Of a DNA stretch of 64,000 nt, positions 44,805 through 53,925 are shown one piece after another (positions within the stretch are counted from its first letter, which is position 1; each line of letters starts with the position of its first letter). Source of the DNA: an uncultured Planctomycetota bacterium (GTDB lineage: Bacteria; Planctomycetota; Planctomycetia; Isosphaerales; Isosphaeraceae); assembly GCA_963823665.1 (NCBI GenBank), contig CAWGMQ010000008.1, positions 2,048,001-2,112,000 of the forward strand, in the 5' to 3' direction. Under the pieces are notes generated by a model. That model worked only from the letters and a program-made list of their open reading frames with translations. It did not search any database and was not told the origin of the DNA. The position numbers and the translations under genes are program-made.

Positions 44805-47800
44805 TCAGCGGCCAAACTGACCCAGGACCACGCGGAAGCCCAAGTTGCCCCACCGCCAGTCCGGAGCGAGCGCCTCGCCGAACGCCGATCGGCAGTCGCG
44901 GGGCCCGCCGTACCAGCTCCCGCCGCGGAATATCCGGTTCGAACCCCTCGCCGGGCCGGTCGGGTCGTCCGCCGGCGACTGATTGTAATAGCCCGCGCCC
45001 TGCCAATCCCAGCACCATTCCCAGACGTTCCCATGCATGTCGTACAGCCCGAAACCATTCGGCTTTTTCAGGCCCGTCGGGTGCGTTCGCGAATCGGAGT
45101 TACGTTTGAACCACGCATAGTCGTCCAGCTCTCCCGCATCATTACCGAACGAGAAGCGCATCGGAGTGGACGCGATCGCCCGGCAGGCGTATTCCCACTC
45201 CGCCTCCGTCGGCAATCGATACCCCGGCCCGTTCCAGTCCGGAACGCGGATCTCTTTCCCACCGATCTCATAGAACGGCTTCTTACGCTCCTTCTCGCTG
45301 AGCTTGTTGCAGAACTGAGTCGCCTCCAGCCAGGTGACGTTTTCCACCGGATGCCGGTCGGTCGAGTGCCCCGCGACCAAGTCCTTGCCCGAACCATTTG
45401 CTGAGAACGTGCTCGGATTGTTCCCCATCACAGCCTCATATTGCGCCTGGGTGACCTCGCAAACGCCCAGGTAGAACGGTTTGCTGATCCGCACTTTGTG
45501 CTGCAGCTTCTCGGGGGCACTGGAATCCTTGTCGCCGTCGGACGGCCCCATCAAGAATTCACCGGCCGGAATCAGCTTGAGCGTCACGCCGATCGAGTTC
45601 GTGATTGACTCCTGAGTTGAGGGAGTCTTGACCGCGCGGACTGCGTCGGGGCGGCCAGACTGACCCAGAGCCAGACGGAAGCCCACGTCGTAAGTCCGGT
45701 ATTCTGGAACGTGCCAGTTGCGGCTCGCTGACCGGTGTTGGCCGGGATCGCTGAGCCAGCCCCCGCCGCGGAACATTCGGCACTCGCCGTCCCCACCACG
45801 CTCGTGGACCCGGGTGATCGAGGCCCCCGCGGGGCCGGTTGGGTTGTCCGCGGCTGACTGAGTGTAATAGCCCTCGCCGTACCAATCCCAGCACCACTCC
45901 CAGACGTTCCCATGCAGGTCATACAGCCCAAATCCATTCGGCTTTTTCTGGCTCACCTGGTGCGTTCGCAAATCGGAGTTACCCTTGAACCACCCATATT
46001 CGCCCAGCTCCGGCGCATCGTCACCGAATGAGTAGCGCGTCGGGGTCGGCGCGTTCGCCCTGCAGGCGTATTCCCACTCCGCCTCCGTCGGCAAACGATA
46101 GCCCGAGCCCGTTCCAGTCCGGAATCCGGATATCTTTCCCATCGATCTCATAGAACGGCTTCTTACCCTCCTTCTCGCTGAGCTTGTTGCAGAATTTGAC
46201 CGCGTCGAACCAGGAAACTTGCTCAACCGGATACTGGTCGGTCGACTGGCCTGCGACCTCATCCTTGCCTCGACCATTTGCGGAGAAGTAGCTCGGATTG
46301 TTACCCATCACGGCTTTGTACTGCGCCTGGGTCACTTCGTACACGCCCAGGTAGATACGACTGCTGATCCGCACCTTGTGCTGCGGCTTCTCGCTGGGAT
46401 CGGCATCCTTGTCGTCCGTCGGGCGAGCCCATCAGGAATTCGCCGCCAGGAATCAGCTTTAGCGTCATCCCGATCGAGTTTTTGATCGATTGCTGAGATA
46501 GAGCGAGTCTTGACCGCGGGGCCTGCGTCGGAGCGGACGTCTTTCTTCGCCGTCCGGGTTGAATCGGCACCGTCATCTTTCGGAAGTTCGTGGGGCAGTT
46601 TGGTGGAGGCTACAAACCGCACCGTGAACTTCTCTCTACCTGCCGCCTGCACGGTCACCTCGTCGCCGGATATCTCAAGCCCATCCTTCTTGACCATGAT
46701 CTTGTGCTTGCCGGCGGTGACCGTGACCACGGCGGGCTTGCCGCCGCCCGGCCAGGTGATGGCAACCTCCTCGCCGTCGACCAAGACCTCGGCATCCTTC
46801 GGGAGATTCACCAGCTCGATCATCCCGTTCGCGGTCTTCACCCTGATAACCAGCCCCCAAGCGACGACGAAACCGAGCAGCAACAAACCGGCCAAGGCCC
46901 ACCAGGCGCGGGCCCCGAGCCGATTCAGCTTCTCAACCGCAGTCGACCAGAGCGCGAGGTTCCTTCGACTCGCCGGCGGAGTAGCCACCGGAAGCGGTGT
47001 ATCCAGAACCTTGTCGAACAGCGGATCCGTCTCGCGCGAGCTCGACCAGACCCTCCAGGATCGAACCCGGTTGCATGGGCGCCGGCGTCCTCCGCACGGC
47101 CGGCCGCGGTGGCGCCGAGGTCGTGGCGGGACTCGAATGTTTCGCCTCGGGTTGACCCGTCTGAGAGATCTCGGGATCCACGCCTTTCAGCGCCACGCTC
47201 CCCTTCTTGAAAAAAGGCGTCAGCGCCTGGGCCACCTCGCCGGGTGTCTGAAATCGCCGGCCCGGCTCCTTCGCCATCATCTTCGCCACCAACGCGGCCA
47301 GCTCGACCGGGACCTCGGGCCGGACAAGGTTCAGCGGCCCGGCGTCCATCGAGAAGTGGGCCTGGTACACATCCCATAGATGCTCGCCGCGGAATGGCGG
47401 TCCGCCGGTCAGGAGATAGTAAAACGTACAGCCCAGGCTGTAGATATCGGCGCGGATGTCCGCCGACTGGGCGTTGCGAATCTGTTCCGGAGCGATGTAG
47501 TCCGGCGTGCCCAGCATCTGGCCCTCGCGGGTCAGGCCGCCGTCGACCTCGCCCTCGCTGCTCACCTTGGCCAGTCCGAAGTCGAGAACCTTGACGACCG
47601 CTTTCTTCCCCTCAGGCGCGAGGATGAGGTTCGCCGGCTTGATGTCGCGGTGCACCATCCCTCGCTCGTGGGCGTGCTGCAACCCGAGCGCCGCCTGCTG
47701 AATAAAGTAGCAGGCGTGAGCCACCGGCAGCGGCCCCTTGGTCTTGACCATCTTTTGCAGGTCGAGACCCTCGACGTACTCCATCGCCAGCACAAGACCC

Positions 47801-48324
47801 TCGCCGAGCCGCAGGGCCGAATAGGCACCGACGATGTTGGTGTGATGCAGCTTGGCGGCCGACTGCACCTCGCGCAGGAACCGGTCGCGAACACCGGGCC
47901 GCTCGACCAGGTTCGCGCCGACAACCTTGAGTACCTCCAGACGCCCCATGAGCTTGTTGCGGGCAAGGTACACCACCCCCATCCCGCCTCGCCCTAATTC
48001 GCGCAGGATCTCGTAGTCGGCAAGGTCCGCCAGCCCCGGAGGCAGCGTGTCCGCCGGCGGCGGTGCAGTGGAGACGGCCGCCCCAACGCCGGCCGGAGAT
48101 CCGCCGAATTGCAAATTCTCCGTGGCCGAGATCCCCGGCTCTCCCTGCGCACCGCGAAGCCGCCCCAGAAAGCTGTCGGACGACATCTCGGCAACGCGGC
48201 GCTGACACTCCGAGCACGAGCTCAAGTGCGTGTTCACCGATTCTGCCGAGGCCTCATCAAGCTTGCCCAGACTGTAGGCCTGCAACGTCGGATCATTCGG
48301 GTGGACGGCGGCTGTGGCGCCCAT
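44805..48324 (-). CDS. Receptor Ser/Thr kinase 1: zinc finger - kinase - TM - PEGA-like - two FGE-sulfatase domains (several frameshifts)
   Basis: HLSSCSEC, LGRGGMGVVY, HRDIKPAN, DFG, GTPDYIAPE; TM WWALAGLLLLGFVVAW; two RLPTEAEWEYACR/NGFGLYDxHGNVWEWC/GFR sets; ORFs 46933-48369, 46332-46988, 46301-46576, 46021-46374, 44805-46277. Confidence 0.88.
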
Positions 48325-48566
48325 GGCAGGATCTCCGGAGGCGGAACAACTTCGACTTCGATCGCTCAATCACTAATCAAGAAAGGCCGCATCAGCGCGA
48401 AACCTGCCGCGAAAACAACAGAATATCCCGAGAAACGTTCGAGCTCTACCCGTAACTGCTTGAAATCTCACGACTTGGCCTGACGATGAATTGTGCGCCA
48501 GCGCGACGAACCAGAATACGCTCGTCGCCGCCCGACGCTCGGCAGCCCTCGGCAGGCCCTGGCGGC
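48325..48566 (-). promoter_or_regulatory. Conserved kinase 5' leader, with copies at about 51460-51615 and 57062-57300
   Basis: Shared CACTAATCAAGAAAGGCCGCA..CAGCGCGAAACCTGCCGCGAAAACAA..CTCTACCCGTAACTG..TGAAAT..CACGA..TTGGC upstream of three kinase genes. Confidence 0.75.
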
Positions 48567-48658
48567 TCACGGTGCGCTGAGCAGATCCTGCCAGCCATGG
48601 AGTTGCCGGAGTGCTCGACCGGGGCATCCGGCTGCTCGGGCTTCGGTTGTTCGGGCAC
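48567..48658 (-). pseudogene. Deletion scar: first about 18 codons of a double-FHA gene fused to the last about 11 codons of an Rpn-like gene
   Basis: MPEQPKPEQPDAPVEHSG (compare MPQPPKPEQPDPPVEHSG at 53235) joined near 48603 to LHGWQDLLSAP* (compare LHGWEDLLQGP* at 57303). Confidence 0.8.
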
Positions 48659-48691
48659 GCTGCGCCGCCTTCCCGGGACAGGAAACTCGCC

Positions 48692-49216
48692 TCAGGACCT
48701 GGCCGCTTTACGACCCACGGCACGCGGTGATCGTTGGGCGCGGGTCTCGTGTTCCGCGCCCAATGTCGACTTTCGCTCCGCGAAAGTTCCTCCTCGTTGG
48801 GCGCGGGTCTCCCGACCCCGCCCGGAGTTCGACCGAAGGTCTCCCTGGTTCGCCGGCTTCTCGTTGCCAGGAGTCTCGGTCGGACACGACATCCCGACCA
48901 ATTCGAGCAGCCCGTTCGGATTCTGCCGGTAAACCTGGATCAGCCGAAGCACCGCCTGCGACGGTTTCCGGTTGCCTTGTTCCCAGCTCTGAACGGTCTT
49001 GGTCGACACGTTGAGCAACAGTGCGAAAACTGCCTGCGACATTCCACTCTCGTGGCGGAGCCTGATTAGCTCCGACGCATCGACCTCCGGCGGCCGGTCA
49101 GGCAGTTCGAGGGTCGTGGTCTTCAATGTAATCTCGCCCTTTGCATGGCGGATCGCTTCCTCGAGGCCCTTCCGAATCTGTGCTGCAACCGGAAGTCGCT
49201 GACGTTCATCTTTCAC
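48692..49216 (-). CDS. XRE-type HTH protein (HigA/YiaG-like antitoxin) reading through a REP pair
   Basis: IRKGLEEAI, MSQAVFALLLNVSTKTVQSWEQGNRKPS. The start is uncertain. Confidence 0.75.
   Translation of the reverse strand: MKDERQRLPVAAQIRKGLEEAIRHAKGEITLKTTTLELPDRPPEVDASELIRLRHESGMSQAVFALLLNVSTKTVQSWEQGNRKPSQAVLRLIQVYRQNPNGLLELVGMSCPTETPGNEKPANQGDLRSNSGRGRETRAQRGGTFAERKSTLGAEHETRAQRSPRAVGRKAARS
48733..48845 (+). repeat. REP pair (equivalent copy at 53311-53422)
   Basis: GTTGGGCGCGGGTCTC twice, the second followed by CCGACCCCGCC..GACCGAAGGTCTCCC. Confidence 0.8.
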
Positions 49217-49320
49217 GTTCGCTTTGATCCGCTTCGGTGGGCACAACCACTTGTTCAGTTTCTGAACGACCCTGTGAACCTTAACCGACCGAATCTTTTC
49301 GACGATTGGCCCTAGCCACA

Positions 49321-51459
49321 TCAGAACGGCGCCGGCCCCTTCAACTGCAACAATTTGACCTCGATCTTGCGAATCTGAAGGGTCCCGCCCTTCGCAAGCC
49401 GAATCGCAATCTGACCCTGTTTCAGCATCGATCGCGTGTCCTCAAACGCGGACACCTCGCGGCCATTGACGCGCATCCGGAAAACGTTTCCCTCCGCGAT
49501 GATCTCTACCTTTTGCCACTTACCGTTGGGAAGACCGGGGAGCCCCGGCGCGGTGATTTCTCGGAGACCGTCCATGGTAGTCTGACTCCTGTCAGTCGCC
49601 CCCCCTCCGAACTTGAGTCTGTACTCGCCCAACAAGAGTCTTTCGCCGTCGAATGTCGATCCCCCCGCACAAAACCTGTAATACTTCACGGAACCCAGGG
49701 AATGGAACGCTCGAACAAGAAATATGTTATCCAAGCTACCGCTCACACGAACCTCCATGCGCAGGTGGAAGTTTTCGTAATCGAACCGTTCTGTGGCAAT
49801 CGTGGAAGCGTCAGTCGAACCCGAGCCTTGGATCGAACCATCATCCGCCACCGTCCAGTCGTTTTCGTCGCCAACGGGAAAAGTCCAGCCTGAGAGATCC
49901 CTCCCGTTGAACAATTTAACGAAACCAGGCTCCCCCGTCTCATGGTCCGCCTCGAATGACTTGCCATCAGGCGCGCTGAACGTCGCCACGTCCTTGTCTG
50001 TTTTGATGTAAACAACGACGCCCGCTGCGATGAAACTGAACAGCGACGCTGCGGCAGCAACCGCCGGCCACCGCCACCGCGGCCGAAAACGATTTGCCTG
50101 CACGGTGGTAGGCAAGGGCTCCGTCTCGTTGAACTCGACCAGACCATCCCACATGGGATCCCGGTGCGCCGCTTGCGTGGGGATCGCTTTCGCCGGCGCA
50201 GAAGCAGGAACGGGAGCAACATCCGCACTCGTCGTGCGGTGTGCCGACGCGCAATCTATGCCAGCCTGCGCCGGCCTTGCTTTCGACCGACCTGCCTGCG
50301 AGATATTGTGGCCAGATCCGCTCGATGCCGGGCTCCCCTTCCTGAAGAACGGCCCCAGCGCCTCCGCGACCTCCTTCGGCTCCTGAAACCGTCGCCCCAC
50401 GTCCTTCGCCAGCATCTTCGCAACCAGCGCCGCCAACTCCGCCGGAACCTCCGGCCGAACAAAATTCAGCGGATCCGCATCCCGCGACATGTGCGCCTGG
50501 TACATGTCATACAACGAGCTGGCCTGAACCGGCGGTCGACCCGTGAGGAGATGATAGAGCGTGCCGCCCAAGCAATAGATATCAGCCCGGATGTCGGCGG
50601 TCGTCGCATCAACAATCTGCTCCGGAGCAATGTAGTCAGGCGTGCCGAGCGCTTGCCCTTCCGACGTCAGCCGCAAGTCAACTTTCTCTTCACGCGTCAC
50701 GCGGGCCAGACCGAAGTCGAGGATCTTGACGGTCGACTTGTTCTTCTTATACGAGAGCATCAAGTTGCCGGGCTTCATATCCCGGTGAACCAAACCCTCC
50801 TCGTGAGCATGCTGAAGGCCCAAGGCCGCTTGGTGCGCATAGAAGCACGCATGGGCGACCGGCAACGCTCCCTTCGCCTTTACCATTCGCGATAGATCCA
50901 ATCCCTCGACGTATTCCATCGCAAGGACGAAGCTCTCACCAATCCGCGTCGCGTGATAAGCCGTCACAATGTTGGGATGGCGAAGCTTCGCGACAGCCCG
51001 GATCTCTCGCAGGAACCGCTCAAGCACACCGGGCCGTTCCATGATGTGCCGGCCCATCACCTTGAGCACCTCGTCGCGACCCATCAGCCGGTTATGAGCC
51101 AGGTACACCACCCCCATGCCGCCGCGGCCAAGCTCCCGCTTGATCTCATAGTCAGCGTGGTCAGCCAGACCAGGCGGCAACGTCTCAGCCGGCGGCGGCA
51201 CGACCGCGACAGCCGGCCGTTGGCCCAGCAGCGATGCACCAAACTGCGACTTGTCCGTGGCCGACATCCCCGGGCCAACGCGCGCCTCGCGAAGCCGTCC
51301 CAGAAAACTGTCGGACGACATCTCCGCAACCCGGCACTGACACTCCGAGCACGAGCTCAGATGCTGATTCACCGATTCAGCCGAAGCGTCATCGAGCTTG
51401 CCCAGACTGTAGGCCGGCAAAGTCGGATCATTCGGGTGGACGGCGTCTGTGGCGCCCAT
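49321..51459 (-). CDS. Receptor Ser/Thr kinase 2: zinc finger - kinase - TM - DUF1080 (3-keto-disaccharide hydrolase-like)
   Basis: HLSSCSEC, HRDMKPGN, DFG, APE; TM WPAVAAAASLFSFIAAGVVVY; LFNGRDLSGW, YENFHLRME, WQKVEIIAEG, GQIAI. Confidence 0.9.
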   Translation of the reverse strand: MGATDAVHPNDPTLPAYSLGKLDDASAESVNQHLSSCSECQCRVAEMSSDSFLGRLREARVGPGMSATDKSQFGASLLGQRPAVAVVPPPAETLPPGLADHADYEIKRELGRGGMGVVYLAHNRLMGRDEVLKVMGRHIMERPGVLERFLREIRAVAKLRHPNIVTAYHATRIGESFVLAMEYVEGLDLSRMVKAKGALPVAHACFYAHQAALGLQHAHEEGLVHRDMKPGNLMLSYKKNKSTVKILDFGLARVTREEKVDLRLTSEGQALGTPDYIAPEQIVDATTADIRADIYCLGGTLYHLLTGRPPVQASSLYDMYQAHMSRDADPLNFVRPEVPAELAALVAKMLAKDVGRRFQEPKEVAEALGPFFRKGSPASSGSGHNISQAGRSKARPAQAGIDCASAHRTTSADVAPVPASAPAKAIPTQAAHRDPMWDGLVEFNETEPLPTTVQANRFRPRWRWPAVAAAASLFSFIAAGVVVYIKTDKDVATFSAPDGKSFEADHETGEPGFVKLFNGRDLSGWTFPVGDENDWTVADDGSIQGSGSTDASTIATERFDYENFHLRMEVRVSGSLDNIFLVRAFHSLGSVKYYRFCAGGSTFDGERLLLGEYRLKFGGGATDRSQTTMDGLREITAPGLPGLPNGKWQKVEIIAEGNVFRMRVNGREVSAFEDTRSMLKQGQIAIRLAKGGTLQIRKIEVKLLQLKGPAPF

Positions 51460-51715
51460 GGCAGGATCTCCGGAGGTTTAACAACTTCGACGTCGATCGC
51501 TCAATCACTAATCAAGAAAGGCCGCACCAGCGCGAAACCTGCCGCGAAAACAAAAGAATATCTCGAGAATCGTCCAAGCTCTACCCGTAACTGTTTGAAA
51601 TTTCACGAGTTGGCCCAATGGACGATTTTGCGCCCAGGCGATGGAAGCGACTACATTCCACTCGATCTGGTGCATCCCAATCACCAGCGGCTTCGGGGGC
51701 CCGTCGGCGATCCAT

Positions 51716-52284
51716 TCACGAACCGTTAAGCAGGTCGTTCCAGTCGAGGACATCAGGGTCGAGGACTCGCTCACCGATGGCCTCGAGACGGTCGATGTCC
51801 TTGATCGCCTCGAGCGCGCTGACGGTTGTTGCGTCAGGCTCTCCGAATCGCTTGGTCCCCTGACGAATCAAGAACCGTCGCGCCTCCTCCAACCGTCCAT
51901 CATTGATGATTTTTCGATAGGTCGTCGACTCGTGCATCGTCTGAACCCCCCAAGAACTGAAAATGTAAGCTCGTCGGGAAAGCGCAGCCCCATCAACGAA
52001 TACGTCGCGGTCCAGAGCGTGGCGGACCTGGATCCCGGCTCGCCATTGATGCGTTCCGCCATTCGCCGCACAAGCCTTGGCAAGTCACCCTCCGGCACGT
52101 CGGTCAATGCTGCCAGCGGCACCAGCCCGACCCCGGCCGTCAGGAAAAATGGGGGCAAGTTCGTGATATCCGAATCGATCACCTCAATCGGCCCAGCGGG
52201 CCCGATCCGCAGCCCCTCCAGCCACTCCGTGGGCCCATCCCAGATCAGCTCCTTGGTCGAGATGTCGAAGCGGTCGAATTCCAC
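51716..52284 (-). pseudogene. Internally deleted Rpn-like gene that keeps an intact 73-aa C-terminal ORF (51716-51937)
   Basis: EVIDSDIT joins via a short filler (NLPPF) to LTAGVGLVPLA, removing the ADK..NIEL nuclease core present in 57303-58151. Confidence 0.8.
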
Positions 52285-52344
52285 GATGTGATTTCCAGTT
52301 AATGCGCGCCGCCATCGTGATCCATAACGTCTTTGCCCCGCGGT

Positions 52345-53235
52345 TCATTTCACCTTGAGCTGAAACTGTTGCTCGCCGATCTGAAACCGGACTGGTGATT
52401 CCACGATAATCTGCGGCACTCGCAGCCATAGTCCGTTCGGCGTCTTGTGGTGCTCGGCATGCCAGCTTCCTCGCGGTCGGCGGTAAAGCCGAACGTGCCT
52501 CGGCTCGCAAAACGGATCATCCGCCCTGCAGATCGGACACGACGGGTCCGACCCAATCCAGTATTCACTCTTGACGAGGAGCATCCGGTTGCCGATCTCC
52601 GAGCCAACGAGCTCAGTGACGGCTGGCGAACGGACGGCACTGGCGCCGTCATCCCAGCCACGAGTCCCGCTGAACTCCGGTGTCCCGAGCGAGTTGTCGA
52701 TCGTTGGCCCGGCGTCGGCCACGGGCGCGTCGAACCAGTATCGTCCGTTCCCAACCAAGAACTCGGCCCTATCCGCCAGAATGGTCCGGGTGACGCGCAC
52801 AAACAGCCCATGCGTGCTCTGGAGATCAGTGATCACCCAGCGGTGCAGCCCCCCGACAACTTGGTGCGTGATCTCCACATGCCGCGCCGACATCCGCCCA
52901 TCGAGCGGTATGCAGAAATCCCCTTCGGTGCGCCCGATGATGAACCGATGGTCGCGAATGCGAATGATTTCACCATCGGTCTTGCCATCGTCAAACACCG
53001 TCAGCACAGCAACCGGCGGCCGCGCCGTGGGCCGAAACGGAACAGCAGAGCGCACCGAAGCCTGCGGACGCGTGGACGCCGGGGCAGGGGACTGACCACC
53101 CGCAGGTGGCGGCCCCGGCGGCTCGCCCTTGTGCTGCGACAACAGCACCTGGCGAATCTCCTCGTCGGTCTCGATCAAAGTGCCGGAGTGCTCGACCGGC
53201 GGATCCGGCTGCTCGGGCTTCGGTGGTTGGGGCAT
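52345..53235 (-). CDS. Double-FHA domain protein
   Basis: Same motifs as 43840-44733, with long identical stretches. Confidence 0.88.
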   Translation of the reverse strand: MPQPPKPEQPDPPVEHSGTLIETDEEIRQVLLSQHKGEPPGPPPAGGQSPAPASTRPQASVRSAVPFRPTARPPVAVLTVFDDGKTDGEIIRIRDHRFIIGRTEGDFCIPLDGRMSARHVEITHQVVGGLHRWVITDLQSTHGLFVRVTRTILADRAEFLVGNGRYWFDAPVADAGPTIDNSLGTPEFSGTRGWDDGASAVRSPAVTELVGSEIGNRMLLVKSEYWIGSDPSCPICRADDPFCEPRHVRLYRRPRGSWHAEHHKTPNGLWLRVPQIIVESPVRFQIGEQQFQLKVK

Positions 53236-53268
53236 ATTTCCCTTCTTTCCCGCGACAGGAGACTCCCC

Positions 53269-53793
53269 TCAGGACCTCGTTGCTTTACGACCCACCGCAC
53301 GCGGTGATCGCTGGGCGCGGACCTCGTGTTCCGCGCCCAATGTCGACTTTCGCTCCGCGAAAGTTCCTCCTCGTTGGGCGCGGGCCTCGCGACCCCGCCC
53401 GGAGTTCGACCGAAAGTCTCCCCGGTTCGCCGTCTTCTCGTTGCCAGGAGTCTCGATTGGACACGACATCCCGACCAATTCGAGCAGCCCGTTCGGATTC
53501 TGCCAGTAAACCTGGATCAGCCGGAGCGCCGCCTGCGACGGTTTCCGGTTACCTTGTTCCCAGCTCTGAACGGTCTTGGTCGACACGTTCAGCACCCGCG
53601 CAAAGCCAGCCTGGGACATCCCACTACTAAGTCGGAGCTCCGTCAGTTGCGAGGCACCAATCGAGGGCGGTGGTTCGGGCATTTGGAGGGTCGTCGTCTT
53701 CAACGTGATCTCACCCTGCGCGAAACGAATCGCTTCCTCTAGACCCTTTCGGATTTGCGCTGCAACGGGAATTCGCTTACCTATCAACCTCAT
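53269..53793 (-). CDS. XRE-type HTH protein (HigA/YiaG-like antitoxin) reading through a REP pair
   Basis: IRKGLEEAI, MSQAGFARVLNVSTKTVQSWEQGNRKPS; AAGGGG upstream. Confidence 0.78.
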   Translation of the reverse strand: MRLIGKRIPVAAQIRKGLEEAIRFAQGEITLKTTTLQMPEPPPSIGASQLTELRLSSGMSQAGFARVLNVSTKTVQSWEQGNRKPSQAALRLIQVYWQNPNGLLELVGMSCPIETPGNEKTANRGDFRSNSGRGREARAQRGGTFAERKSTLGAEHEVRAQRSPRAVGRKATRS

Positions 53794-53925
53794 GTATGCT
53801 TATCCCTTTCTGATTGGTCCTGAGTGGCGCTCAAGAAGCTCGACAAGCTTTCGATAAGACTTTTTGTCGGCGGCCGTCTTGTTATCTACCGGGCAACCTG
53901 CGATACACGCCGATCCACTAATCGA

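Noticed and set aside
44805..46480. Active formylglycine-generating enzyme
   Set aside because: The catalytic Cys-rich motif after RGGS is absent; these are FGE-fold domains fused to a kinase.
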